Shown here: piece after piece, positions 18,407 through 27,062 of the stretch
Position numbering within the stretch: the stretch's first letter is position 1
How the letters are laid out: every line of letters begins with the position of its first letter
Notes under the pieces: generated by a model
Told to the model about the DNA's origin: nothing
What the model saw: only the letters and a program-made list of their open reading frames with translations
Databases searched by the model: none
Assembly (NCBI GenBank): GCA_964414035.1
Contig: CAYPUK010000127.1
Location: 1 to 62,603 of the forward strand
From: an uncultured Thermoplasmatales archaeon
GTDB taxonomy: Archaea; Thermoplasmatota; E2; DHVEG-1
Direction of reading: 5' to 3'
Length of the DNA: 62,603 bases
Position numbers and translations under genes: made by a program

Positions 18407-18841
18407 TTATTCAGTATCCTGGGTTACATCCTCAGCTTTTTTTACCTTTTCCAAGGTAACATTAATGATGTCTCCATACTTCCAATTACGGGATAAAAAA
18501 TCAATTTCTGATTCCACATGAATCAAACGACGAGGATCATATTTTTGTTTCCCTTTGAACATTGGAGGCATCACTTGTTTTAACATTTGAGAAAGCTGCT
18601 GTTGCATTTCAGGAGGGAATGGGGAACCATTCGGACCAACTCCACTTACCTGGATAGGTGGCTGATCCATTTCTTGAGAATGATTATATTCAAGTGGATC
18701 CACAGGTTCCATGACCACTTCAACATATCCTTTCTTTTGTTCACTTGGTTTAATCGCTTTGATTTGATACGGCAAGGTTACTCTATCTTCAACCATATAC
18801 ATCCAGGATATGAGGGGTGGTATAAGAGCATTGTCATACAT
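18407..18841 (-). CDS. Hypothetical protein
   Basis: 144-aa ORF with a Pro/Gln-rich centre. No family recognised. Confidence 0.45.
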   Translation of the reverse strand: MYDNALIPPLISWMYMVEDRVTLPYQIKAIKPSEQKKGYVEVVMEPVDPLEYNHSQEMDQPPIQVSGVGPNGSPFPPEMQQQLSQMLKQVMPPMFKGKQKYDPRRLIHVESEIDFLSRNWKYGDIINVTLEKVKKAEDVTQDTE

Positions 18842-18877
18842 ATATCTAAAGTAAATATGGTACAGAGAAACATACGA

Positions 18878-19456
18878 TTACAAAAGTAAAAAGATGATAG
18901 CCCAACTTATCACATTTGCAAAAACCATGTATCCAGCTAAAAATGAGGATGCAGAAACGCTTAGATTAAACCATTTGAAACCAACCAGAAAAGTAACAGT
19001 AAACACTATTGCGGCAATCACCAGTAAACTTCCAATTGAAGAACCAAGCAACCATTCAGAAAGAATACCAAAAAAGCTTAATACTACAACGCTACTGACT
19101 AATTTTCTTCGAGAAATAGTGCTAAACCAGGATTCTTTTTCCATTTTGAAAAGCACTAATAAAAACAATCCCAAATACAAAAACAACATATTTGCCGCAA
19201 AATCAAGCAATGTAACCAGAACAAGCCAAAGAGCAAATCCAGGTTGTTGCACATCAGTAATGGCAGAAGCTGGTTGAAAAGAAGGAGTTGTTTCAGGATA
19301 AACGGGTATAGGATTAGCCAAGCCCGACATCGGCAGAAGCATTATTAAAAAAATGAAGAACAATAAGAATAGGAAAACCGTATTCTTTGTATCAAAAGAT
19401 ATTGATCTGCTGTTCTTACTACTATAACTCATATGTGTAAAAGTATTATCCTTCAT
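18878..19456 (-). CDS. Hypothetical integral membrane protein
   Basis: About 5 hydrophobic helices. No family recognised. Confidence 0.5.
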   Translation of the reverse strand: MKDNTFTHMSYSSKNSRSISFDTKNTVFLFLLFFIFLIMLLPMSGLANPIPVYPETTPSFQPASAITDVQQPGFALWLVLVTLLDFAANMLFLYLGLFLLVLFKMEKESWFSTISRRKLVSSVVVLSFFGILSEWLLGSSIGSLLVIAAIVFTVTFLVGFKWFNLSVSASSFLAGYMVFANVISWAIIFLLL

Positions 19457-19490
19457 CTTTAAAAATACACGGTTTATATGCGTGGTTGTT

Positions 19491-20156
19491 ATGACTAATC
19501 ATTTAAAAAAACCAATTCTTTCTTTTGATTTAGATGGAACCCTTATGAAACCAGGATTTGGAGATAAAGTCTGGTTAGAAGGATTACCAAACATTTATGC
19601 AATGACTCACAACATTTCTTTTGAAGAAGCAAGAGACCAGTTACTTGCCGCATATGATACCCTTGGAAATGAACGCAGAGAATGGTACGATCTTAACTAC
19701 TGGATCACTACACTTAATTTAGATATCACTCCAGATGAGTTACTGAACACTTTCTCAAAATATATTACTCCATATTCAGAAGTACCAACGCTTCTTAACC
19801 GTTTCTTTAAAAATTATACGCTTATTGTTAGTTCAGCAGCAATGAAACCATTCATTTATATCGAATTAAAAACCGCTCATCTCATGGATTACTTCACAGC
19901 ATTATTCTCAGCCACTTCAGATACTAAAACGGTGAAAAAAGACCCCTTCTTTTATCAAATGATAACTCAAAAAATGGATTGTAATCCAACCGAAATCATT
20001 CATGTGGGAGACAACAAAGAATTCGATTACCTTTCTCCAAAAAAAGCAGGGTTATATGCCATATATCTAGATAGATCACATAACGAAACAGGTGAAGAGA
20101 TCATCAGTTCATTAACTGAATTTGAAGACGTTCTTCAAAGATATCCATTCGAATAA
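19491..20156 (+). CDS. HAD-superfamily hydrolase
   Basis: Motif I LSFDLDGTLM and motif IV HVGDNKEFD. The track start 19482 is GTG, so ATG 19491 is preferred. Confidence 0.8.
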   Translation: MTNHLKKPILSFDLDGTLMKPGFGDKVWLEGLPNIYAMTHNISFEEARDQLLAAYDTLGNERREWYDLNYWITTLNLDITPDELLNTFSKYITPYSEVPTLLNRFFKNYTLIVSSAAMKPFIYIELKTAHLMDYFTALFSATSDTKTVKKDPFFYQMITQKMDCNPTEIIHVGDNKEFDYLSPKKAGLYAIYLDRSHNETGEEIISSLTEFEDVLQRYPFE

Positions 20157-20174
20157 AAATTATTATTTCTCCCT

Positions 20175-20876
20175 TTAAATATATAATTGTTCAAAAGAAC
20201 AAATCGTTTTGGCTAACAAATAAGATGCCGTATACGAATCAAAGCCTACTGAAATTTTCTGATTGATCAGATCAGAAGCAATATGAAAATCACCATGTGG
20301 AAAACCTCCAATAACCACCGTTAACGGAGACTGTTTCCCAAACTCACAAAGTTGAGAAAACGATGATTTTTCACCTTGCTCCCAGAGTAAAAAGATTTCT
20401 CCTTGTTGATCTGATAACAATTGTTCTAATGATTTTTCTTCAAGAGAAAGTAAGATTTCATTTGCAGTTTCAATACGCTTTTTTTTGTACAATTGCTCCA
20501 TAAGCCCAATAAAACGATGGTATTGACGCGGCAATCGCGTTTGAGGATTTACCATAATGATTTCTTCATTTCGAGTATGAATATAAAACGTTAGCAAACC
20601 GTTCTTGTTAATCATTGAATCCAAAGCAAAAAGGGCGCATCGATGAACAATATCCGGTCGTCCTCTACGAGAATTATCTTTTAATCTTTTCATTGCAGCA
20701 TGATGATAGCTTGCATCAAGAAGTAAATCAGAAGCAGGTTTCTTTCGTGATTTCGCATAGGATTTAACCTGAGGATGACGGTGAATATGTTGTGGAATGC
20801 GTTCGATTTCTGATTCAGCTAAAATCAAGGTCAAGGATTGTTGTTTTTTTGTATTAACCATAGACTTCATTTTCAA
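20175..20876 (-). CDS. nep1: Ribosomal RNA small subunit methyltransferase Nep1 (EMG1 family)
   Basis: LILAESEIERIP, RGRPDIVHRCALFALDS and NPQTRLPRQYHRFIGLMEQL closely parallel archaeal Nep1 sequences from memory. Confidence 0.85.
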   Translation of the reverse strand: MKMKSMVNTKKQQSLTLILAESEIERIPQHIHRHPQVKSYAKSRKKPASDLLLDASYHHAAMKRLKDNSRRGRPDIVHRCALFALDSMINKNGLLTFYIHTRNEEIIMVNPQTRLPRQYHRFIGLMEQLYKKKRIETANEILLSLEEKSLEQLLSDQQGEIFLLWEQGEKSSFSQLCEFGKQSPLTVVIGGFPHGDFHIASDLINQKISVGFDSYTASYLLAKTICSFEQLYI

Positions 20877-20947
20877 AAAATGATATACTCCTGCTTCATT
20901 TAAATCAGATGGTGCTTTAGATCTGATGAAAACAGCAATTATTTCAC

Positions 20948-21898
20948 TTATGTGTTCGGAAGTTCTCTAGCAAGCCATAAGACATTGCGAATATAGATGT
21001 CATGAGCATTTCTATTACCAATAGTGAATTCAGCATGTAACGGTGAAAGCACAACTCTCCCAAATCCGTAAGTACTTGCAACGATAGCTTTAGTATATTT
21101 TATATCTCGATCATAAGGTTTATCTGGCCTCTGAAATGATGCAATAGTAATCACTTTGGGCATGAACAGATTGTTTGTCACAGGACCAGCAACAAGAGGA
21201 GCATTTCCTAACATCATACGAACGGATGATCCCATGTATGGTTCTTGAATCGCTGGAATCGTTCTATGGAAATGAATCCGACCTCTTGAGATAGGTAATC
21301 GAGACAGAAATTGGATCATGTCTAGCGTTGAGAAATATTTTGGATTTCTGATAATGGATTGTAAGGCAGCTGCATCAGTGTAAACATTAACTAATCCTAG
21401 CATTGGTGATAATTCAGCATAACCTAATACTCTATTAATCAATGAGTTATATTGCACGTTCATATGTTTTACTCCAAGCGATCCAAACGTTGAGTCCCCA
21501 CAGATCCCATAAAATCCTCCGCCACGTCTCACAAATTTCCGTAGTTCATATCGGTACCTAAATGGAGTGAACCAGCCGCCCACCCCACCAGGTGCAAGTA
21601 CGACGTCGATTCCTTTCCATCGAAGTTTTCCGCTTTGTACATCTCCGTGAGTCCAGGAATCCCAAAATTCAAACACTCTTACATTAACACCATATCTTCT
21701 TGCTTCACGTTTTAAACAACGAGTATGAATCGATGTCGATAATCTAGAAGTAGGTGATTTATCAAGGAAATCCCAGTCTTGACGGATGATTGCTACTCGA
21801 ATTGTTGGTTTTCTATCAAAAAGTGCAGGTGAACTTGGTAACAATGAGGGTAATACCAGTAATGAAAGTATGAAGAGAATTATCATTTGCTTGCGCAT
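20948..21898 (-). CDS. Exported protein with a BPL_N / class-I glutamine-amidotransferase-like fold (tentative)
   Basis: Signal peptide. VVLAPGGVGGW...FVRRGGGFYGICGDS resembles the BPL_N/GATase1 nucleophile-elbow region. Confidence 0.35.
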   Translation of the reverse strand: MRKQMIILFILSLLVLPSLLPSSPALFDRKPTIRVAIIRQDWDFLDKSPTSRLSTSIHTRCLKREARRYGVNVRVFEFWDSWTHGDVQSGKLRWKGIDVVLAPGGVGGWFTPFRYRYELRKFVRRGGGFYGICGDSTFGSLGVKHMNVQYNSLINRVLGYAELSPMLGLVNVYTDAAALQSIIRNPKYFSTLDMIQFLSRLPISRGRIHFHRTIPAIQEPYMGSSVRMMLGNAPLVAGPVTNNLFMPKVITIASFQRPDKPYDRDIKYTKAIVASTYGFGRVVLSPLHAEFTIGNRNAHDIYIRNVLWLARELPNT

Positions 21899-21983
21899 TC
21901 TAGCCCTATTTTTTTATATACTGGGTTATCCAATATAATTTTTTCCCCTTATATTTCAGTAGTTTTTGAGTGAAGAGAGGGAA

Positions 21984-22094
21984 TGTAGGGATGGTGATTT
22001 CTTTAAAATGAGAAAATTGGTGTGGATGAGGAAAGGGATTTTGGCATGCACTACTTTGTGAGAGAAATAAAATTTATGTTAAACCACCTCTACA
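21984..22094. other. Purine-rich stem-loop island D, function unknown
   Basis: TGTAGGGATGGTGATTT (21984-22000) pairs with AAACCACCTCTACA (22081-22094). This gives about 13 bp including one G-U that is only valid on the + strand. Confidence 0.4.
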
Positions 22095-22193
22095 AACCCC
22101 AATAAGTAAATTAAAATGATATATTTAAAACTTTTGTTATACTTTTTTCATAGAAAAAGAGTATAATTTTTAATTAAAATAATATTTCTACGT

Positions 22194-22709
22194 TCATTCC
22201 CATGAATCCCAATGAATTCGAGATTCGTCAAATCGATCAGAAGCAGATTTTTTTACATCAGCAACACCAAAACACACTCCTGAAAAAGGAATAATATCTT
22301 TTGGAATCCCGCAAATATTTCTAAAAACATCCATATATTCTTCATTTGGATAGATTCCAATCCAAACGGCACCCAAATTTAGGCTGTGGGCTGCAAGTAA
22401 CACATTTTCTGTTGCTGCTGCACAATCCTGTGGCCACATATCCAATGATCGTTTATCTTTCTTAGGCGCTGCACAAACCACAATAAATCCTGCGGCATAT
22501 TTAGCCATAGACGCATACGGATGAAGAGTTGCAACTTTTCCTAATAACGTTTTATCCTGAATGATTACAAATTCCCACGGTTGCTGATTGAATGCAGAAG
22601 GAGCTGCCATACCAGCACGTATTAATGTAAGCATGGTTTGTTTTTCAACAGGCACTTGTTTATACCGACGAATACTTCTTCTAGAAAGTAACAACTCTAA
22701 ACTATCCAT
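22194..22709 (-). CDS. Nitroreductase family protein
   Basis: LLSRRSIRRY N-terminal motif, 171 aa, typical NfnB/NfsA-like fold pattern. Confidence 0.85.
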   Translation of the reverse strand: MDSLELLLSRRSIRRYKQVPVEKQTMLTLIRAGMAAPSAFNQQPWEFVIIQDKTLLGKVATLHPYASMAKYAAGFIVVCAAPKKDKRSLDMWPQDCAAATENVLLAAHSLNLGAVWIGIYPNEEYMDVFRNICGIPKDIIPFSGVCFGVADVKKSASDRFDESRIHWDSWE

Positions 22710-22957
22710 ACATGAAACCTCGATAAAGCAAATCGAAATACCATCTTTTAAACATTGGTTTTATTGTTTTACACAATTATAATTCTGAGAAAGCGGGGTC
22801 AAAATAAACCAATGAATAAATATAAGAGAATCACTATTCATCCTGATGTGGATGGGATCGCAGAATGAAAAAATACATTGCCATAAATGATATCAGGAAA
22901 TCATTTGTGCTAGATTGATACCCTTCCATATCGTGTCTAAAGAGGGTTGAATCTTCC

Positions 22958-24619
22958 ATGGATGAAGAACTGTCGATTGTAGAGGAAATGCGACGTTTGG
23001 AAAAAAACAATTTCAATCAATCAGCGACAGCAAAAAAAACATCTTCATCTACCAATTCACCAACTGTTTTAGCAAATAATAATTTAATGAATGAATCAGA
23101 AGAACAAAAAAACAGGCCGGAATCTCATCAAGGAACTAATAAAAATTTTTATAAACTGCTCATTGACAATCTCATTGAAGGTATTCTTATCCTTGATTTT
23201 AAAGGAACCGTTCTTTTTGCAAATAGAGCTATAACTAACATGATTGGACTTCAAGACCCTGGAGAAGCAATTGGAAAGAATGCACTTGATTTTGTTGATA
23301 AAAAATATCATAAACGAGTGATAAAAGATCAACTGTTAGTTCGAATGGGCAAAGGCGGTTTTTTAGACAGTTATCAAATCAATACATTACATGGAAATAA
23401 AATCTGGGTAGAGGGAGTAGGATGTAGAATGAAATATAAAGGAAAAAAGGCAAATGTAGTCTTTATCCGGAATATTTCAGATCGGCGAAAAACATGGGAT
23501 AGTCTGATTAAACTTGAAAAGAAATACCGGGCAATAGCAGAAATGTCTGCAGATGGAATCCTCACCTTGGATACATCTGGAACCATTCGCTATGTTAATC
23601 CTTCATTGCAAACAATAACAAAATACGAGGAGCCCATACTTCTTGGAAAAGTATTTCGCGAACTCTTAGCTGATGAAAGTATTTACCAATTTCAACAACT
23701 CCTCCTAGATGTGCGTGCAAAGGCAAAACCAATTAAACATGTGGAACTAGAATTGACTGATGCAGATCAACACCTGGTACCTATCGAATTAAGTATCTCT
23801 CCATTAATAAAAGAAGGATTAATTCAAGGCTTCGTCTGCACCATTCACGATATCACTGATCGAAAGAGAGCAGAGGAAGAAATGAGGAAATCTCAACAAC
23901 TGAAAACTGAATTTATGAACATCGCGGCTCATGAGTTGAAATCTCCAGTAACACCAATCAAAGGATACCTTGATCTAATCGTTTCCGATGATGAAGCTGA
24001 TGATAAAATAAAAAAATGGGCAAAAGTTTCACTGAGAAATGCAGAACGATTACTCCTTTTGGTGAATGATATCCTTGATGTATCTCGATTAGACAATGAT
24101 AGTATGCGTTTTGAAATGAAACGATTCGCAATTAAAGGTCTCATTGATGAAATCATTGAAGATATGAGACCAAGCATTGAGCAAAAAGGACTCACCTTCT
24201 CTGTTTCAGTCGCCGATGACCTTCCAGAGATATTTGGAGATTTTCATCGATTGCAACAAGTACTCAAAAACTTATTTACTAATGCTATAAAGTTCACAGA
24301 TGAAGGAATGATTGGGTTTTCTGCATCCGTTGAAAAAGAATCTGCGGTTATAAAAGTTTCAGATTCAGGTATTGGGATTGATGAAGATGAATTAGAAACC
24401 ATCTTTGAAAAATTCTATCAAGCAGATACCGCTGAAAGTAGAAAACATGAAGGTACTGGACTAGGATTATTTATTTGCAGAGAAATAATTAAAAAACATA
24501 AAGGCTCTATCACTGCTGATAGCAACCCGGGACAAGGAAGCACATTTACTATCACATTACCCATATTAAACGATCAAAAAGAGGATAATTGCCAATCATT
24601 GGAAAAGATACAACAATAA
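22958..24619 (+). CDS. Sensor histidine kinase (two PAS domains, HisKA, HATPase_c), cytoplasmic
   Basis: H-box AAHELKSPVTPIKGY, N box NAIKFT, G1 DSGIGI, G2 GTGLGL. Two PAS-like segments. No TM helix. Confidence 0.9.
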   Translation: MDEELSIVEEMRRLEKNNFNQSATAKKTSSSTNSPTVLANNNLMNESEEQKNRPESHQGTNKNFYKLLIDNLIEGILILDFKGTVLFANRAITNMIGLQDPGEAIGKNALDFVDKKYHKRVIKDQLLVRMGKGGFLDSYQINTLHGNKIWVEGVGCRMKYKGKKANVVFIRNISDRRKTWDSLIKLEKKYRAIAEMSADGILTLDTSGTIRYVNPSLQTITKYEEPILLGKVFRELLADESIYQFQQLLLDVRAKAKPIKHVELELTDADQHLVPIELSISPLIKEGLIQGFVCTIHDITDRKRAEEEMRKSQQLKTEFMNIAAHELKSPVTPIKGYLDLIVSDDEADDKIKKWAKVSLRNAERLLLLVNDILDVSRLDNDSMRFEMKRFAIKGLIDEIIEDMRPSIEQKGLTFSVSVADDLPEIFGDFHRLQQVLKNLFTNAIKFTDEGMIGFSASVEKESAVIKVSDSGIGIDEDELETIFEKFYQADTAESRKHEGTGLGLFICREIIKKHKGSITADSNPGQGSTFTITLPILNDQKEDNCQSLEKIQQ

Positions 24620-24648
24620 CTATAAATGATAGTATAAAAAAGGGATAG

Positions 24649-24990
24649 ATGATGAAGAGAACCTGCCCAAAATGTCATCAAAAAGCAGTTCGATTATATC
24701 GAAGTGTAACCAAGAACGGGAAACGAACATGGGAACCTGTTGCTTGGTATTGTGAATCATGCGGATATACGTATTATGTTGCAAAAGGTACATTGATTTA
24801 TGAAGCCGGTGGAAAACAATATGATCCCTCATTTGACTCGCATTGTCCATACTGTACTGATAAACTTGTTCGCTTGTATCGACATAAAAATCCAGTTCAC
24901 GGCCGTCAACAATGGAGTAGTGTCGGTTGGTATTGCAAACGATGTAAGTACACTTGGATGGATGAGGTAAAAGAAACAGTGAAAATATGA
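24649..24990 (+). CDS. Protein with two tandem four-Cys zinc ribbons
   Basis: Internal duplication: CPKC..VRLYRS..W.PVAWYCESCGYTY and CPYC..VRLYRH..WSSVGWYCKRCKYTW. Confidence 0.5.
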   Translation: MMKRTCPKCHQKAVRLYRSVTKNGKRTWEPVAWYCESCGYTYYVAKGTLIYEAGGKQYDPSFDSHCPYCTDKLVRLYRHKNPVHGRQQWSSVGWYCKRCKYTWMDEVKETVKI

Positions 24991-25071
24991 AGCAAAAAAG
25001 CTGTTTCATCCTAAATTATTAAATAATAGTTGCTGTTTAGGGCAAGGCATACGAATAGAGGAACAAGAATC

Positions 25072-25170
25072 ATGAAACGTAGTTCACGAGTCTGGAAAAA
25101 GAAAGGCAAAATGCGCTGGAAATGGCGAAAGAAACGAATGAAACGAGAAAAGAAAAACCGCCGTAAATAA
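25072..25170 (+). CDS. rpl41e: Ribosomal protein eL41 (L41e)
   Basis: Own translation: MKRSSRVWKKKGKMRWKWRKKRMKREKKNRRK. The MRWKWRKKRM core matches eL41 (eukaryotic MRAKWRKKRMRRLKRKRR). Under 60 aa, so absent from the track. Confidence 0.85.
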   Translation: MKRSSRVWKKKGKMRWKWRKKRMKREKKNRRK

Positions 25171-25188
25171 TCTTTACCACATTCATTG

Positions 25189-25329
25189 GGGGGCATGGTG
25201 TAACCCGGCATCATTGTGGGCTCCAGTTAAGGTATGATTGCAAGAGGGTCATCTGATTTGATGATGAATAACTGGAGCGATGACCTGAGAAGAGACCCGC
25301 CGATCTGGGTTCAAATCCCAGTGCCCCCA
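25189..25329 (+). tRNA. tRNA-Trp (anticodon CCA) with a 68-nt intron after nt 37
   Basis: Acceptor stem GGGGGCA/TGCCCCC with discriminator A. Anticodon stem GTGGG (25216-25220)/CCCGC (25296-25300). The loop is CUCCAGA once 25227-25294 is removed. T arm CTGGG-TTCAAAT-CCCAG. Mature length 73 nt. Confidence 0.85.
25234..25283 (+). ncRNA. Box C/D guide RNA embedded in the tRNA-Trp intron
   Basis: C AUGAUUG 25234-25240; 12-nt spacer; D' CUGA 25253-25256; C' AUGAUGA 25261-25267; 12-nt spacer; D AUGA 25280-25283 (canonical CUGA at 25285-25288). Guide 25270-25278 is complementary to 25220-25228. Confidence 0.65.
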
Positions 25330-25360
25330 CTCCTCTACAATTAAGAAAAGGTGAAAAAAA

Positions 25361-25567
25361 ATGTTGAATATTGATATGAAAAATATGAACTTCTTTACCA
25401 TTCTTTCAGGATTGCTTTTCCTCGCAGGAATTGGATTTTACATCTGGTGGGGAATTCGTTTTGGAGTCTGGGCAGATATTGGTATCTATTCTGTAAGTAT
25501 CGTTTTTATTCTCGGCGGAATCGTTGGAATATTGCTTTCGCTTTACGAACAACCCGCAGAACAATAA
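25361..25567 (+). CDS. Small two-TM membrane protein
   Basis: 68 aa with two hydrophobic helices. Confidence 0.45.
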   Translation: MLNIDMKNMNFFTILSGLLFLAGIGFYIWWGIRFGVWADIGIYSVSIVFILGGIVGILLSLYEQPAEQ

Positions 25568-25587
25568 ATGATTAAAAAAAGTAGTAA

Positions 25588-25605
25588 AGGTGTGAACAGA
25601 CACCT
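25588..25605. terminator. Hairpin plus T-run between convergent genes
   Basis: AGGTGT (25588-25593), loop GAACAG, ACACCT (25600-25605), followed by CTTTTTTATTTTT. Confidence 0.45.
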
Positions 25606-25610
25606 CTTTT

Positions 25611-27062
25611 TTATTTTTCAGTTTCTATTATTTGTTTCCAAGTAAGAATCGGATTTCTTGTTGCATTGACTTCATCCACCCGGCCTACCACCGTGTTAGA
25701 AGGAGCGTTTTTAACAAGTTCAACATCTTCATTAACAATTTTATGGAGAATATGAGCGTATTCATCAAGAGCCTTTTTTGGTTCGGTTTCCGTTGGTTCA
25801 ATCATCAATGCTTCTTTTACGATCAAAGGAAAATACATGGTTGGAGGATGTACGCCATAATCCAGTAACCGTTTAGCGATATCCATCGCTCTTATTTTCT
25901 TTTCTTTTCGCAAACGTTCAGCGCTTAATACAAACTCATGTTTTCTCAAATCTCGATATGGCAGGTCAAAGCTGGGTTTTTCAAGAATCTTCTTCTTTAA
26001 ATAATTCGCATTAAGAACGGCTATCTCACTAGCCTTCTGCAATCCATCTCCTCCCATCATTAACATATATGTATAAGCTCGCAGTAACACATCGACATTT
26101 CCATAGAATCCTTTGATTTTTCCTATTGATTTAGGATGATCATATGTGAACGTGTATGTCTGTTTTTTCTTTTGGATGCGAGGAGTTGGAAGGAATGGAA
26201 CTAAACGTTTTGAAACACCTATTGGCCCACTTCCAGGTCCACCACCGCCATGTGGTGAGGAAAATGTTTTATGTAAATTCAAATGAACGATATCAAAGCC
26301 CATATCTCCGGGTCTTGCTTTTCCCATGATCGCATTCATGTTTGCTCCATCATAATACAATAGTCCTCCGGCATCATGAACGATTTTTGCGATTTCAATG
26401 ATGTCTGATTCAAAGATACCTAACGTATTTGGATTGGTAAGCATGAAACAGGCGGTTTTGTCTGAAACTGCTTTCTTAAGGAGTGAAACATTAACTGTTC
26501 CTTCATCTGTTGATGGGATTTCTACTACGTTAAAACCCGCCATTGAGATACTTGCTGGATTCGTACCATGAGATGTATCTGGAGTGATTACATCTACTCG
26601 TTCTGTATCATTATTTGATTCATGATATGATCTGGCAAGAAGCATTCCAAGAAATTCACCATGTGCACCAGCTGCCGGTTGCAAGGTGAATGCATCCATA
26701 CCTGTAAGTTCTGATAGCATTTGTTCTAAATCATACATCATCTGTAATGTTCCCTGCACCGTTGATTCATGTTGATAGGGATGAAGACAAGCAAATTGTG
26801 GCCATGAAGCAATTTCTTCGTTGATCTTAGGATTATATTTCATAGTGCAAGATCCTAATGGATACATTCCCGTATCAATTCCAAAATTTCGTTGGCTGAG
26901 ATGATGAAAATGTCGGATGACTTGAGTTTCATCTAAATTAGGGATATCAACTGATTTTGTTCTTCTTAATGATGACGGTATCTTTTTAGGGGAATCAATA
27001 TCTTCTTTACATTCTCCAGAGAGATTGTACAATAATGGTTCTTTTACTGAAGGAAGACTCAT
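25611..27062 (-). CDS. gcvPB: Glycine dehydrogenase (decarboxylating) subunit 2
   Basis: Full-length similarity pattern. PLP site HLNLHKTFSSPHGGGGPG. Confidence 0.95.
   Translation of the reverse strand: MSLPSVKEPLLYNLSGECKEDIDSPKKIPSSLRRTKSVDIPNLDETQVIRHFHHLSQRNFGIDTGMYPLGSCTMKYNPKINEEIASWPQFACLHPYQHESTVQGTLQMMYDLEQMLSELTGMDAFTLQPAAGAHGEFLGMLLARSYHESNNDTERVDVITPDTSHGTNPASISMAGFNVVEIPSTDEGTVNVSLLKKAVSDKTACFMLTNPNTLGIFESDIIEIAKIVHDAGGLLYYDGANMNAIMGKARPGDMGFDIVHLNLHKTFSSPHGGGGPGSGPIGVSKRLVPFLPTPRIQKKKQTYTFTYDHPKSIGKIKGFYGNVDVLLRAYTYMLMMGGDGLQKASEIAVLNANYLKKKILEKPSFDLPYRDLRKHEFVLSAERLRKEKKIRAMDIAKRLLDYGVHPPTMYFPLIVKEALMIEPTETEPKKALDEYAHILHKIVNEDVELVKNAPSNTVVGRVDEVNATRNPILTWKQIIETEK

Noticed and set aside
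25220-25300. Canonical bulge-helix-bulge motif at the tRNA-Trp splice sites.
   Set aside because: I could not draw two 3-nt bulges separated by a 4-bp helix at the inferred junctions. The 9-bp exon-intron helix is better explained as the C/D guide duplex. The intron call therefore rests on exon continuity and tRNA geometry, not on a BHB.
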